Origin: a virus
Lineage: Duplodnaviria > Caudoviricetes
DNA: 63,249 nucleotides
Reading direction: 5' to 3' (one strand)
Virus record (IMG/VR): IMGVR_UViG_3300032050_000128
Location: 1 to 63,249 of that record
Part shown: in pieces, positions 18,033 to 26,505 of the stretch
Numbering within the stretch: position 1 is the stretch's first letter
Layout: every line of letters starts with the position of its first letter
The notes under the pieces: model-generated
What the model saw: only the letters and a program-made list of their open reading frames with translations
Told to the model about the DNA's origin: nothing
The model's database searches: none
Program-made: the position numbers and the translations under genes

Positions 18033-18043
18033 CACGGTATAAT
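18015..18043 (+). promoter_or_regulatory. early promoter overlapping the tRNA-Pro 3' end
   Basis: TGTCACCCCGACACGG-TATAAT-A. Confidence 0.7.
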
Positions 18044-18075
18044 AGAGCCAATGACGAAACGACGAAAGGAATCAA

Positions 18076-18315
18076 ATGGCACAAAAGACTAACCACGGAG
18101 AGGTAGTGGCACGGAATAGCCACGTCTTCGTATGCTGGGACGGATCGGCGCTGTTCGAGGTATGGAAGCTCGAGGCCGGCATCCCGGTAAAACACCTGTA
18201 CACATTCGAAGACACCGCGGTAGGCAACCTACAGGCGGCGAAAGACAGAGCTCAGGAGTGGATCGGCGTGTTCGGCGTGTCCACGGAAGTCCTGATCAAC
18301 GCGGGCATGCTGTGA
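18076..18315 (+). CDS. hypothetical protein
   Basis: ACGACGAAAGGA leader. Confidence 0.75.
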   Translation: MAQKTNHGEVVARNSHVFVCWDGSALFEVWKLEAGIPVKHLYTFEDTAVGNLQAAKDRAQEWIGVFGVSTEVLINAGML

Positions 18316-18596
18316 GGAGGGTCCATCTTCTAGGATCGGGCCTCGCGGTCCTAGCCACACTAGGCATCTCGGTAGGCCCGGTTTCCGCGGCCACCTGCAA
18401 GACTTGCACTCCTCCGCCGAAGAAGACTCCGATCACGGCGGCCTCACCGGCCTGGATCGAGCCACCGGCCTGGATGAACCTGCCTGCCAACGCGCAGTTC
18501 CTCGGCGTGGTGACCGGCGCGGACGGATCGAAGCGTCTCTGCTGGAAGTACGTACGTCGTACTCTCTGCGACGCCCCCGGAACCAGAGTTCCGTAA
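18312..18596 (+). CDS. secreted Pro/Cys-containing protein
   Basis: GTGA overlap; signal-peptide-like N-terminus. Confidence 0.55.
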   Translation: MRRVHLLGSGLAVLATLGISVGPVSAATCKTCTPPPKKTPITAASPAWIEPPAWMNLPANAQFLGVVTGADGSKRLCWKYVRRTLCDAPGTRVP

Positions 18597-18597
18597 A

Positions 18598-18849
18598 GTG
18601 GCGAGCAACTATCCACCCGGCGTGACCGGGTTCGAAACACAGATCGCCGGCGTGGACTCCGAGCTCACGGTCGACCATCGCGAGGCCTCGTGCCAGAACG
18701 ACGAGTGCGCCGAGTTCGACAAGACGGAAGAACGCCAGGTCGACTTGGAAACCTACTACGACCGCCACTCGGTATACGAGACCTGGTCTTGGTCCTGTCC
18801 GGTCTGCAACTCACGGGCGACCTTCGACCGGGAGTACGACCAGGACTAG
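18598..18849 (+). CDS. zinc-ribbon hypothetical protein
   Basis: SNYPPGVTG, CQNDEC, CPVC. Confidence 0.7.
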   Translation: MASNYPPGVTGFETQIAGVDSELTVDHREASCQNDECAEFDKTEERQVDLETYYDRHSVYETWSWSCPVCNSRATFDREYDQD

Positions 18850-18853
18850 TGCT

Positions 18854-18882
18854 TTTGCTTTGTCGCTCCCCTATGGTATAAT
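18854..18882 (+). promoter_or_regulatory. early promoter cassette
   Basis: TTTGCT-TTGTCGCTCCCCTATGG-TATAAT. Confidence 0.85.
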
Positions 18883-18904
18883 ACAATTACTCAACTAGAA
18901 AGGA

Positions 18905-19108
18905 GTGATTGTGCCAAGATACTCATTTAGGTTTGACGAAGTCTCAATGAACCAGGTGTGGTTCACCGCTGAGAACTTCGCTCACGCTGAAGAACTTCTT
19001 GAGAAGTGCCAAGACGAAGAGATGAACATCTCAGACCTGCCGGACGCAGAAGAGCGCAACCGCGGAATTCAACTTGACTTCAGCGTCTCAGTGCTTGAAG
19101 AGTTGTAG
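18905..19108 (+). CDS. acidic hypothetical protein
   Basis: AAAGGAG RBS; start GTG 18905 or 18911. Confidence 0.7.
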   Translation: MIVPRYSFRFDEVSMNQVWFTAENFAHAEELLEKCQDEEMNISDLPDAEERNRGIQLDFSVSVLEEL

Positions 19109-19133
19109 AAACGTCACTCCCCTATGGTATAAT
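19104..19133 (+). promoter_or_regulatory. early promoter cassette
   Basis: TGTAGA-AACGTCACTCCCCTATGG-TATAAT. Confidence 0.85.
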
Positions 19134-19139
19134 AGTTCA

Positions 19140-19219
19140 GTAGTCGGCGGAAACCCGTAGGGCGCCGAATAGAGATGAAGGCCACCGCGGTGGGAAACTG
19201 AGAATCTCGTTCCGACTAC
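19140..19219 (+). ncRNA. structured 5' leader RNA (multi-stem)
   Basis: GTAGTCGG/CCGACTAC closing stem with internal hairpins, starting at the predicted +1. Confidence 0.45.
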
Positions 19220-19242
19220 ACACAACGACGAAAGGACAAGCA

Positions 19243-19425
19243 ATGCCAATTCTGATAACTGATGGAAACGCTTTCGCAATCATCGGCGCTGGCCGCCGTG
19301 AGTTGGAGCGTACGGGACGTGGAGACGAAGTCTCAGCGTTCACTGCAGAGATGACTGCGGGCGACTACAACCATTTACTTCAAACTATGACGAAGTGGTT
19401 CCCCGACGCAGAGATTGCGGATTAA
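19243..19425 (+). CDS. conserved phage small protein (DGNAFAI family)
   Basis: DGNAFAIIG...GDYNHLL; ACGACGAAAGGAC leader. Confidence 0.8.
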   Translation: MPILITDGNAFAIIGAGRRELERTGRGDEVSAFTAEMTAGDYNHLLQTMTKWFPDAEIAD

Positions 19426-19427
19426 CG

Positions 19428-19709
19428 ATGACCCAGGCGACTATCTGGTGTAAGGGTCCGGCCACTCCGTGGTCGGGCCTAACCCCCCTTGAAAGATTTG
19501 CAATTATGTTTCGCCCAAACATCCTCAACGAGATTGGGTCCAAGTTTGGTTCGTGTGGTCCACAGACCGTGGAACTAGACACCTCAGACCCGAACGACGT
19601 ATGGCCGGACGACTGCCCCACCTGCGGGACAGACACACACTGGGATATGGATATGTTCTGGAGTATGCACCCAGAATACAAAGGACCAGACATAGAAGAG
19701 CTTATTTAA
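19428..19709 (+). CDS. hypothetical protein
   Basis: Start moved to MTQATIW; CPTC. Confidence 0.6.
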   Translation: MTQATIWCKGPATPWSGLTPLERFAIMFRPNILNEIGSKFGSCGPQTVELDTSDPNDVWPDDCPTCGTDTHWDMDMFWSMHPEYKGPDIEELI

Positions 19710-19735
19710 GGTTTGTCGCTGCCCTACGGTATAAT
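19707..19735 (+). promoter_or_regulatory. early promoter cassette
   Basis: TTGTCGCTGCCCTACGG-TATAAT-ACA, then GGTCAAA/TTTGACC hairpin. Confidence 0.8.
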
Positions 19736-19793
19736 ACATTCATAAGGTCAAAACAAAAGAGAGTTTGACCCCGGAACACGGAGAGGAGAAAAA

Positions 19794-20135
19794 GTGGATA
19801 AGCCAACCATTGTGACCACGAGCACGACCGTGTCTCGTACAGTCTCAAGTGTTGAACTTGACGGTGAAGGTGCTGCGCTGGTCGAGCGACTAGAAAACGC
19901 TCGCAAGCAGATTTCAGTTTACGAAGCCGAAAAAGACGAAGTGACAAAAGCGCTCAAAGAGCGAATTGGTGATGCAGACGCAGCAAGCGTCAATGGCGTC
20001 ACTCGAGTAGTTGTCCAGCACGTCGATTCAAGCAACATTGACCGGAAGATGCTTAGTGAGTTAGTTGCGCCAGAGATTGTCGCAAAAATCACAAAGCCAA
20101 ATCCTTACTCATACCTTAAGACCCTCAAGGCCTAA
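19794..20135 (+). CDS. coiled-coil protein, paralogue of 30144
   Basis: Shares NGV.RV...IDR..L....PE...Y..L with 30144..30473. Confidence 0.75.
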   Translation: MDKPTIVTTSTTVSRTVSSVELDGEGAALVERLENARKQISVYEAEKDEVTKALKERIGDADAASVNGVTRVVVQHVDSSNIDRKMLSELVAPEIVAKITKPNPYSYLKTLKA

Positions 20136-20146
20136 GGTTGCAAGCA

Positions 20147-20183
20147 GTGGAGTTCCGGGGGCTCATTGCCCCCGGACTTCACT
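20147..20183 (+). terminator. hairpin terminator
   Basis: TCCGGGGGC-TCATT-GCCCCCGGA with extended arms. Confidence 0.6.
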
Positions 20184-20217
20184 CTAAAATCCAACGACGA
20201 CAAAAATTGGAGTATCT

Positions 20218-20412
20218 ATGAGCAGCAAGTACAAAGACACAGAGTGGTACTGGCGCAAGCGCATTGCCACGGAGATTGAGCGCAAGGTCGCGTATGACGT
20301 AGAGTTCAAAGGCCTACACGACGCCGACGCCAGACTGATTCACGAGGAAATCGTGGACAAGGTAGTGCTCAAGGGGGCAGCAGAAGACGTTGGCTTTACA
20401 ACGTCAGCCTAA
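20218..20412 (+). CDS. hypothetical protein
   Basis: GGAG RBS. Confidence 0.65.
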   Translation: MSSKYKDTEWYWRKRIATEIERKVAYDVEFKGLHDADARLIHEEIVDKVVLKGAAEDVGFTTSA

Positions 20413-20423
20413 TACGATATAAT
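20395..20423 (+). promoter_or_regulatory. early promoter cassette
   Basis: TTTACA-ACGTCAGCCTAATACGA-TATAAT, then GCGGCT/AGCCGT hairpin. Confidence 0.85.
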
Positions 20424-20470
20424 AAGACTACTGCGGCTAACCCAGCCGTGGAAAACGACGAAAGGACAAA

Positions 20471-20950
20471 ATGGACAAAAAAGCTCATGTCCAGGGTCTG
20501 GCTCTCTACCTAGAGTACGAGAAGCCGTACGACACTGGCTTTGCAGTCCAACAGGTGCTGATAACACCTGATGGCTACAACAGCGAAGGTGTGCTCGTTC
20601 AGACGCACCTATACCGCCGACGTATGAAACCTGGCGAAGGCAAAAAGCAGTGGAAGGTCACTGCTACAAACGAAAAGATAGTAGCAGACGTACTCAGTGG
20701 TGAGGTTGCACAACTTGACGAAACCACCTGGGGTCAAAAAGCATTCATGCGTCTTGACTACGCAAATCCGCTATTCGACGCAATCGTCATTCAGCACTGG
20801 ACACTGCGTCAAAAGCCACTCGTGATGGAGGTCTCTCAAGTAGACCTAGATGACATCGCAAAAGGTAAGACTCCCTACAAACTTATGTACCGTATGCAGC
20901 AGTGCCGCCTAAAAGCCGGATTCCCTGCTGACGCGGTACCTGCAGCATAA
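20471..20950 (+). CDS. hypothetical protein
   Basis: ACGACGAAAGGAC leader. Confidence 0.8.
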   Translation: MDKKAHVQGLALYLEYEKPYDTGFAVQQVLITPDGYNSEGVLVQTHLYRRRMKPGEGKKQWKVTATNEKIVADVLSGEVAQLDETTWGQKAFMRLDYANPLFDAIVIQHWTLRQKPLVMEVSQVDLDDIAKGKTPYKLMYRMQQCRLKAGFPADAVPAA

Positions 20951-20959
20951 GGAGCCAAC

Positions 20960-22006
20960 GTGACTACAACATCTAATCCCTGGACTTCCAGGTACGACGA
21001 CAAACTTGGCACCTATGTCGAGCCAACAGGATTTCCACACACCGTGGCATCCCTGCTTGGGTTGGCAGCAGTGCAACAAGCGTATCCTGCTGGCAAAGAT
21101 ATACTCAACTCTCTAGTCTCAGACTCTGGTAGAGTAGTTATACGCGCCAACACTGTTATTGCTTCAAAGAAAGAGAGTGTAATGGAAAATGAAGTAGACT
21201 CTCTCGCTGGAGCAACAAAGTACACTCGCCCTAATGGTGAGGACTACTACACACGCAAGTGGGGTGAGCACGACGACGTAATGGTACTTCGTGAAGCTCG
21301 TGCAAGTAAACTTCACACTCTGCTCTATGGCGCTCCAGGCTGCGGCAAAACCGCTCTGCTAGAAGCAGCATTCTCCAACGAACCAGGTGGTATTGAAACC
21401 GTACTTGGTACCGGTGACACAGAACTTTCTGACTTCATTGGTGGCTACGTACAAGACAAAGACTCATTCAGATGGGTCGATGGACCACTCGTTCGTGCAC
21501 TCGAAAACGACTCAGTCTTCTTCATTGACGAAGTAGGTCTGATTGACCCTAAGGTCATGGCCGGTGTTTACGGAATCATGGACGGTCGTACAGAGTTGCT
21601 GATAACCGCAAACCCAGACCGCGGCGCAATAAAGGTGAAGGAAAACTTCTTCGTCGTCGCTGCGACAAACCCAAACGCTCCGGGAGTTCGTCTCTCTGAA
21701 GCACTCGTGTCTCGCTTTCGTCTGCAGTCAGAGATGACCACAGACTGGACGCTTGCACGTAAACTGGGCACACCTGTACAACTAGTTAATGCGGCGCAAA
21801 ATCTTGCACGCAAACAACAATCAAGTGAAGTGTCATGGGCACCTCAGATGCGAGAACTCCTCGCCTTCCGTGACATCTCATTAAAGTTCGGCACAAAGTT
21901 CGCATTAGCGAACCTCATCGCAAGTGCTCCCGAGCACGACCGCGCCGTCGTTGCGGACGTGTTAGGTCGAGTCTACGGTGAGGAGTGCCGACCAGCGAAG
22001 ATTTAA
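20960..22006 (+). CDS. MoxR/CbbQ/CobS-type AAA+ ATPase
   Basis: Walker A GAPGCGKT, WVDGPL, Walker B FFIDE, AATNP, ALVSRF. Confidence 0.92.
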   Translation: MTTTSNPWTSRYDDKLGTYVEPTGFPHTVASLLGLAAVQQAYPAGKDILNSLVSDSGRVVIRANTVIASKKESVMENEVDSLAGATKYTRPNGEDYYTRKWGEHDDVMVLREARASKLHTLLYGAPGCGKTALLEAAFSNEPGGIETVLGTGDTELSDFIGGYVQDKDSFRWVDGPLVRALENDSVFFIDEVGLIDPKVMAGVYGIMDGRTELLITANPDRGAIKVKENFFVVAATNPNAPGVRLSEALVSRFRLQSEMTTDWTLARKLGTPVQLVNAAQNLARKQQSSEVSWAPQMRELLAFRDISLKFGTKFALANLIASAPEHDRAVVADVLGRVYGEECRPAKI

Positions 22007-22062
22007 CTCTTCGTTGCTGGAGGAGGGGGAGGTACTGGGTCACCTCCCTCTCCACCCCTAAC

Positions 22063-22091
22063 TTTACTTATGGACCCCAACACGATATAAT
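22063..22091 (+). promoter_or_regulatory. early promoter cassette, preceded by terminator hairpin 22018-22054
   Basis: TTTACT-17-TATAAT-ACA. Confidence 0.85.
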
Positions 22092-22132
22092 ACATTCAAG
22101 AGTCTAAACCCTAAGAGAAGAGGACGTAAGAC

Positions 22133-23923
22133 ATGAACCACGTAGACTACACACCCGGTGTGCTTGGTCGGAAAAGTAGCACTCCTTCCGAGTGGCTACC
22201 TCTCAGTCGAGAGATTTCTGAACTGGTAAACACCTGGTCCAACCGCTCGGACATCGTTGCCTTCGTTGGTCCCGGTGCCGGTGGACAGACTGCCGCATTC
22301 TTCACTCCTGCTACTGCAGAGGTTGAAGTAAGCATTCCAATGGCATTTACCCCTTATGTCAAGCCAGAAGACATTGGCTCAATGCTCGACAAGAGCACTC
22401 AGTACGAATGGCCAAAAGCCACAGGTTGTATCTTTCACGAGGCAATGCACGCACGATACTCCTTGTGGGACCTAGCGAAAGCAGCAGAGGACCTTAATGA
22501 ATCCCAGCACCAGACACTCGTCCTGTTCGAAGAGTCCAGAGTCGAGTCTCGCGCCCTTACAATCGCGCCCGAGTACGTTAACTTCCTCCGTGCAAGTGCG
22601 CTCGAAATTGCGATTGACGACGCAGCCGAACAGTTTACAAAGAACTCTACAACTAGAAGTGCAGGTATGCTTGTCGCTCTCGTACACTCTAGAGTCGACG
22701 CAGGTATTCTCGACCAGCGTGACGTACAGGCTGTCTTCGACGTATGCAGTGACTGGCTCGGCGACGACCGAGTTTCTCGCCTTCGCGAAATCTTAAACAA
22801 GACTCGCACACACACAGACGACAAAAACATCACTGCGTTGTACCCTCTTGTCGACGAGTGGCTAGACATTCTAAAAGATGCAGCACAAGAGCATGGCGAG
22901 ACTTTGAACGACACACCTAGCAAAAGTTTAATCGCAGCACTGACTGAAGCATTGGCAGAAGCAGCCGACTGCGTAGCAGTGGGTGTCACTGCCTCTATCA
23001 ACGACGAACAGACTGAAGAAGAGCGTCGTCAATCAGTTGCAGCACGCTACAAAGCCTCTGCAGAGCAACATGACCACAAAGAGACATTCAGCAAAGTCTT
23101 TGGCAAATCAAGTGGTCCTGGTGCCTCAGACACAAGTTCAAGATTGATTGCTCACCGTCCACCAACTCCACAAGAGCGTGCAGCAGCAGTCTTGATTGGT
23201 AATGCACTGGAGAAGGCAAAGTACCGCGAGCGTGACATCACTGTCTCCGCTTCGCAGTTGCCTCCAGGACGTCTACACACTCGCACAGTAGTACAGGGTG
23301 CTGCCCAAAAGTCTGCAGGTGTACGTACGCCAGTGACTCCTTGGCGCAAGACCACACGCAAGCACACCGACGACCCCACACTATCAGTAGGTGTAATGGT
23401 AGACATCTCTGGCTCTATGGACTCAGCGATGCAACCAATGGCAACTACTGCGTGGGTAATGAGTGAGGCTGCACATCGCGTGCAGGGTCGCTATGCTCAG
23501 GTGTACTATGGCAACGACGTATTCTACTCAAGCAAGCCACTTGCAAGAGAGTACGAAGTAAACGTCTACACTGCGCACGATGGCACTGAAAAGTTTGAAA
23601 AAGCATTCAAGGCACTCGACGGCGCACTCAATCTGCTGCACGGTTCAGGTGCTCGCATGCTCGTTGTCGTAAGTGATGGTGAGTACACTCCAGACGAGCG
23701 CGCTCATACCGTCAAGTGGATGAAGGCTTGCAAAGATGCCGGCGTCGCCGTGCTGTGGGTACCGTTCGACAATTACGGTTCAGCACGTAGGTACGCCGAG
23801 CACGCAGACGGCGTAGTCATCGACACCAAGACATCGTCTGAAGTAGAACACGTCTCCAAAGAGATTGGCATGGCGGCGAGTAAATTACTGTCAAAGATTG
23901 GCATCAAGAATTCTGCGGCTTAA
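22133..23923 (+). CDS. CobT-like HExxH metallopeptidase plus vWA domain protein
   Basis: FHEAMHA, FEESRVE, MIDAS DISGSM, VVVSDG. Confidence 0.9.
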   Translation: MNHVDYTPGVLGRKSSTPSEWLPLSREISELVNTWSNRSDIVAFVGPGAGGQTAAFFTPATAEVEVSIPMAFTPYVKPEDIGSMLDKSTQYEWPKATGCIFHEAMHARYSLWDLAKAAEDLNESQHQTLVLFEESRVESRALTIAPEYVNFLRASALEIAIDDAAEQFTKNSTTRSAGMLVALVHSRVDAGILDQRDVQAVFDVCSDWLGDDRVSRLREILNKTRTHTDDKNITALYPLVDEWLDILKDAAQEHGETLNDTPSKSLIAALTEALAEAADCVAVGVTASINDEQTEEERRQSVAARYKASAEQHDHKETFSKVFGKSSGPGASDTSSRLIAHRPPTPQERAAAVLIGNALEKAKYRERDITVSASQLPPGRLHTRTVVQGAAQKSAGVRTPVTPWRKTTRKHTDDPTLSVGVMVDISGSMDSAMQPMATTAWVMSEAAHRVQGRYAQVYYGNDVFYSSKPLAREYEVNVYTAHDGTEKFEKAFKALDGALNLLHGSGARMLVVVSDGEYTPDERAHTVKWMKACKDAGVAVLWVPFDNYGSARRYAEHADGVVIDTKTSSEVEHVSKEIGMAASKLLSKIGIKNSAA

Positions 23924-24137
23924 GACCGACAGAACAAAATCCGCGCGGCACTCGTACACTTCTCTCGAGCGTCGCGCGGGCAAGACTCCAAGACGGCACG
24001 AGTACGTGTCGTCTACATTCACGTCGGACTACCGACCAAGCGGACTGGAACGAAGCAGCCTCCTCATGGGGCTGTGGTCGTACAGCCACTGGAGTCGGCA
24101 CATCTGGGCAGACCTGCGGAAGACCGGCACGAAGGAG

Positions 24138-24166
24138 TGTACTTTGTCGGCTAAACATGGTATAAT
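24138..24166 (+). promoter_or_regulatory. early promoter cassette
   Basis: TGTACT-TTGTCGGCTAAACATGG-TATAAT; leaderless ATG at 24173. Confidence 0.85.
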
Positions 24167-24172
24167 AGACTC

Positions 24173-24580
24173 ATGAATCAAACGACGATAGACGTACTAC
24201 AGATAACCGACCTGGTACATGCCGGCACCTTTGACGCGGACATAGACCAGCTCTCGACCGCAATCAACATGCGGCTCCAAGACCTTGGAAAGCTGCCGAA
24301 GACGGCGTCGAGCGGCCTCACGCCCTCGCGGACGTTCGCCAGTGCCCCATCCAAGAAGCTGGCCATCACCGACCTGTCGGTCGGCGACCGGGTGAAGTTC
24401 AACTCGGACTGCGGCACGAAGTACATGATTGGCCAGACCGGCACGGTCAAGTCGAAGCGGAGAACCAAAGTAGTGGTGACTCTCGATGACCCAGTCGGCC
24501 GGTTTGCACGGAGAGACTCGTCTGGCGCCGTGTACTCGGCACCGGTAGTGGCACCAGTCGGCATCCTGGAGAAGGTCTGA
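24173..24580 (+). CDS. SH3/KOW-like domain protein
   Basis: LSVGDRVKF...GQTGTVKSKRRTKVVV. Confidence 0.7.
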   Translation: MNQTTIDVLQITDLVHAGTFDADIDQLSTAINMRLQDLGKLPKTASSGLTPSRTFASAPSKKLAITDLSVGDRVKFNSDCGTKYMIGQTGTVKSKRRTKVVVTLDDPVGRFARRDSSGAVYSAPVVAPVGILEKV

Positions 24581-24816
24581 TGAGCGGCAAGAGTAGGCCG
24601 AAGAAGCGGCCAGGTCCAGTCTGGGTCGGTGAGAGACGGCAAGTAGTCATAGACCCGGTTCCACGGTGCGACTTCTGCTTGAGCAACGCCAAGTACGACG
24701 CGGCAAGCTTCACGGGCCCATGGGGCTACTTCTGCGAAGTACACTTCGCGTCGCTGGGCAACGGTAAACTAGGCGTAGGATACGGGCAAGAGATAGTCCA
24801 AACCAAGGGAGTGTAG
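24580..24816 (+). CDS. zinc-binding hypothetical protein
   Basis: CDFC..AKYDA...GPWGYFCEVHF...GVGYGQ. Confidence 0.75.
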   Translation: MSGKSRPKKRPGPVWVGERRQVVIDPVPRCDFCLSNAKYDAASFTGPWGYFCEVHFASLGNGKLGVGYGQEIVQTKGV

Positions 24817-24820
24817 CTTT

Positions 24821-25003
24821 ATGAGTCAACCATTCACAGTACGGGTAAACATCTGGGCAGACCTGTCCATAGAGGCCGAAACCATGGCCGAAGCGGTCGA
24901 GCAGGCCACTATGGCCGGAGTCTCGGTGAGCTGTCCGGTCGGCACGGCCACAGTCGACTCAGTCGCAGTATCGACCGAATCTGGAGACACCGGTCTGGCG
25001 TAG
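24821..25003 (+). CDS. hypothetical protein
   Basis: ORF track. Confidence 0.6.
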   Translation: MSQPFTVRVNIWADLSIEAETMAEAVEQATMAGVSVSCPVGTATVDSVAVSTESGDTGLA

Positions 25004-25032
25004 TTTACTTTGTCGCTCTATTATGGTATAAT
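25004..25032 (+). promoter_or_regulatory. early promoter cassette
   Basis: TTTACT-TTGTCGCTCTATTATGG-TATAAT, then GGTCAGAC-A-GTCTGACC hairpin. Confidence 0.88.
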
Positions 25033-25077
25033 ACATTTAATGGTCAGACAGTCTGACCGGAAAAGGACGAAAAGACG

Positions 25078-25317
25078 ATGGCAAGTACGGTCCAAGACCT
25101 GATTGACAGTCTCAACGAGATTGAGGACAAGACTCAGCACGTCTGCTTTCAGTACTACTTGAAAGAACACTTCGAGTACTGGAACGACGACATCTCAGAT
25201 GCGGCGTGGAAATACGCCTGCGAACGCGCACAGTCGGACGAATACTTCCCAAGTCCGGACGAACTCTTCACCTACGTGTCAGAGGGCGTCGACAACGAGA
25301 AAAAGGTGGAAGTCTGA
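25078..25317 (+). CDS. acidic hypothetical protein
   Basis: GGACGAAAAGACG leader. Confidence 0.75.
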   Translation: MASTVQDLIDSLNEIEDKTQHVCFQYYLKEHFEYWNDDISDAAWKYACERAQSDEYFPSPDELFTYVSEGVDNEKKVEV

Positions 25318-25571
25318 TGGCGACCAAATCTTTGTACCTGGCAAACGAGAACGGCGACTGGTGGGAGTTCAATCCCGACAGTGTCATCTACGTAATGCGG
25401 GCATCCGACATTCCAACAGACGTGGCAGCAGACCGTGAGTTGGACATCCGCGACGGCGTCATCTACGAGGCACCGGACAAGTTCGAGAAGACAATCTGGG
25501 AGTTCGGCACTCCGATAGAGGAGATGCACACCGACTTCATCAACATACTAGAGGGCGACGACTCGGTCTGA
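25317..25571 (+). CDS. acidic hypothetical protein
   Basis: TGATG overlap; MATKSLY. Confidence 0.7.
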   Translation: MATKSLYLANENGDWWEFNPDSVIYVMRASDIPTDVAADRELDIRDGVIYEAPDKFEKTIWEFGTPIEEMHTDFINILEGDDSV

Positions 25572-25580
25572 CACGCGTAG

Positions 25581-25609
25581 TTTACTTTGTCAATGCAATA
25601 CGGTATAAT
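25581..25609 (+). promoter_or_regulatory. early promoter cassette
   Basis: TTTACT-TTGTCAATGCAATACGG-TATAAT. Confidence 0.88.
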
Positions 25610-25616
25610 ACAATTA

Positions 25617-25697
25617 TTCAACACGGAGGACAGGCGCTGGTCAAACGAAAGACTGCTACTGCGCAGGGTCCGAAACAATACGCCGCTCCGTGTTGAA
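25617..25697 (+). ncRNA. structured 5' leader RNA
   Basis: 12-bp closing stem TTCAACACGGAG/CTCCGTGTTGAA; inner GGCG/CGCC. Confidence 0.5.
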
Positions 25698-25730
25698 CCT
25701 TAAACCCAGCGACGAAAAGGACGGCAAGAG

Positions 25731-25877
25731 ATGGACACACTGCAAGACCTGAAGAACTTCGTGAGTGAGAACATGCCCGGTGCAACCGTGGTGCTAGACG
25801 GCGAAGAAATCATAGTGCGGACTGGTCTCGGGTACGACATGGGAACCCTTCTGTACGTACTGAACGAGGAGGAGTAG
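25731..25877 (+). CDS. small hypothetical protein (48 aa)
   Basis: CGACGAAAAGGAC leader; MDTLQDLKNF... Confidence 0.65.
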   Translation: MDTLQDLKNFVSENMPGATVVLDGEEIIVRTGLGYDMGTLLYVLNEEE

Positions 25878-25880
25878 ACT

Positions 25881-26117
25881 ATGGAAGAGATGGAAACGCA
25901 AATCTCTCAAGCGGCGAAGTACCTGCTGCTCGCGGGTAAAGACCTAGTGCCGATAAAGCTGGAATACTCCAGCGAGGACATAGTCGACCAAATCTGCTAC
26001 ATGATGACATTCGGAGACGACGACTCCGTACTCGAAATCCCGTACGAGTCTGTTCCAAAACCACTCAAGAAACTGATGGTGATGATGCTCGAAGACGCAA
26101 GACAACGCGTCAATTAA
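25881..26117 (+). CDS. hypothetical protein
   Basis: GGAGGAG RBS. Confidence 0.7.
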   Translation: MEEMETQISQAAKYLLLAGKDLVPIKLEYSSEDIVDQICYMMTFGDDDSVLEIPYESVPKPLKKLMVMMLEDARQRVN

Positions 26118-26120
26118 GGG

Positions 26121-26150
26121 TGTACAAACGTCAGTCCTGCACGGTATAAT
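26121..26150 (+). promoter_or_regulatory. early promoter cassette
   Basis: TGTACA-AACGTCAGTCCTGCACGG-TATAAT. Confidence 0.88.
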
Positions 26151-26195
26151 ACATTTATTCAGTCGAACAAGAAGTAGACTGGGGATGGGAGAACC

Positions 26196-26450
26196 ATGGT
26201 AAACCTAAAGAAGATGGAAGCACCGACACCTTGTCGTTGGTACCAAAACTTCACGGTTGAGTTCGAGGGTAAAAACTACGTAATTCAACTACTGTCTGAC
26301 GACGAGGGTGTCGAAGACACGAACGTCAACTTCTGGTTAGAGGGAGACGAAGAGGAGATAGACCGGGACGAAGTTCCAGTCGAGGTCCTCGACTTCGTGG
26401 TCGAACTGACGTTCGACCCAACTACTGGAGAACACATCCAGTATCTATAA
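26196..26450 (+). CDS. highly acidic hypothetical protein
   Basis: D/E-rich; GGGAG RBS. Confidence 0.7.
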   Translation: MVNLKKMEAPTPCRWYQNFTVEFEGKNYVIQLLSDDEGVEDTNVNFWLEGDEEEIDRDEVPVEVLDFVVELTFDPTTGEHIQYL

Positions 26451-26467
26451 CATTAAACCGTGAGGGG

Positions 26468-26497
26468 TTGACAAACGTCATCCCCTTGCGGTATAAT
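26468..26497 (+). promoter_or_regulatory. early promoter cassette (consensus hexamers)
   Basis: TTGACA-AACGTCATCCCCTTGCGG-TATAAT. Confidence 0.92.
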
Positions 26498-26505
26498 AGT
26501 TCTAA

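Noticed and set aside
25636-25680. Hammerhead ribozyme in leaders B or D (CTG...GAAA)
   Set aside because: The CUGANGA core is not present (CTGGTCA, CTGAGGG) and the stem geometry does not fit.
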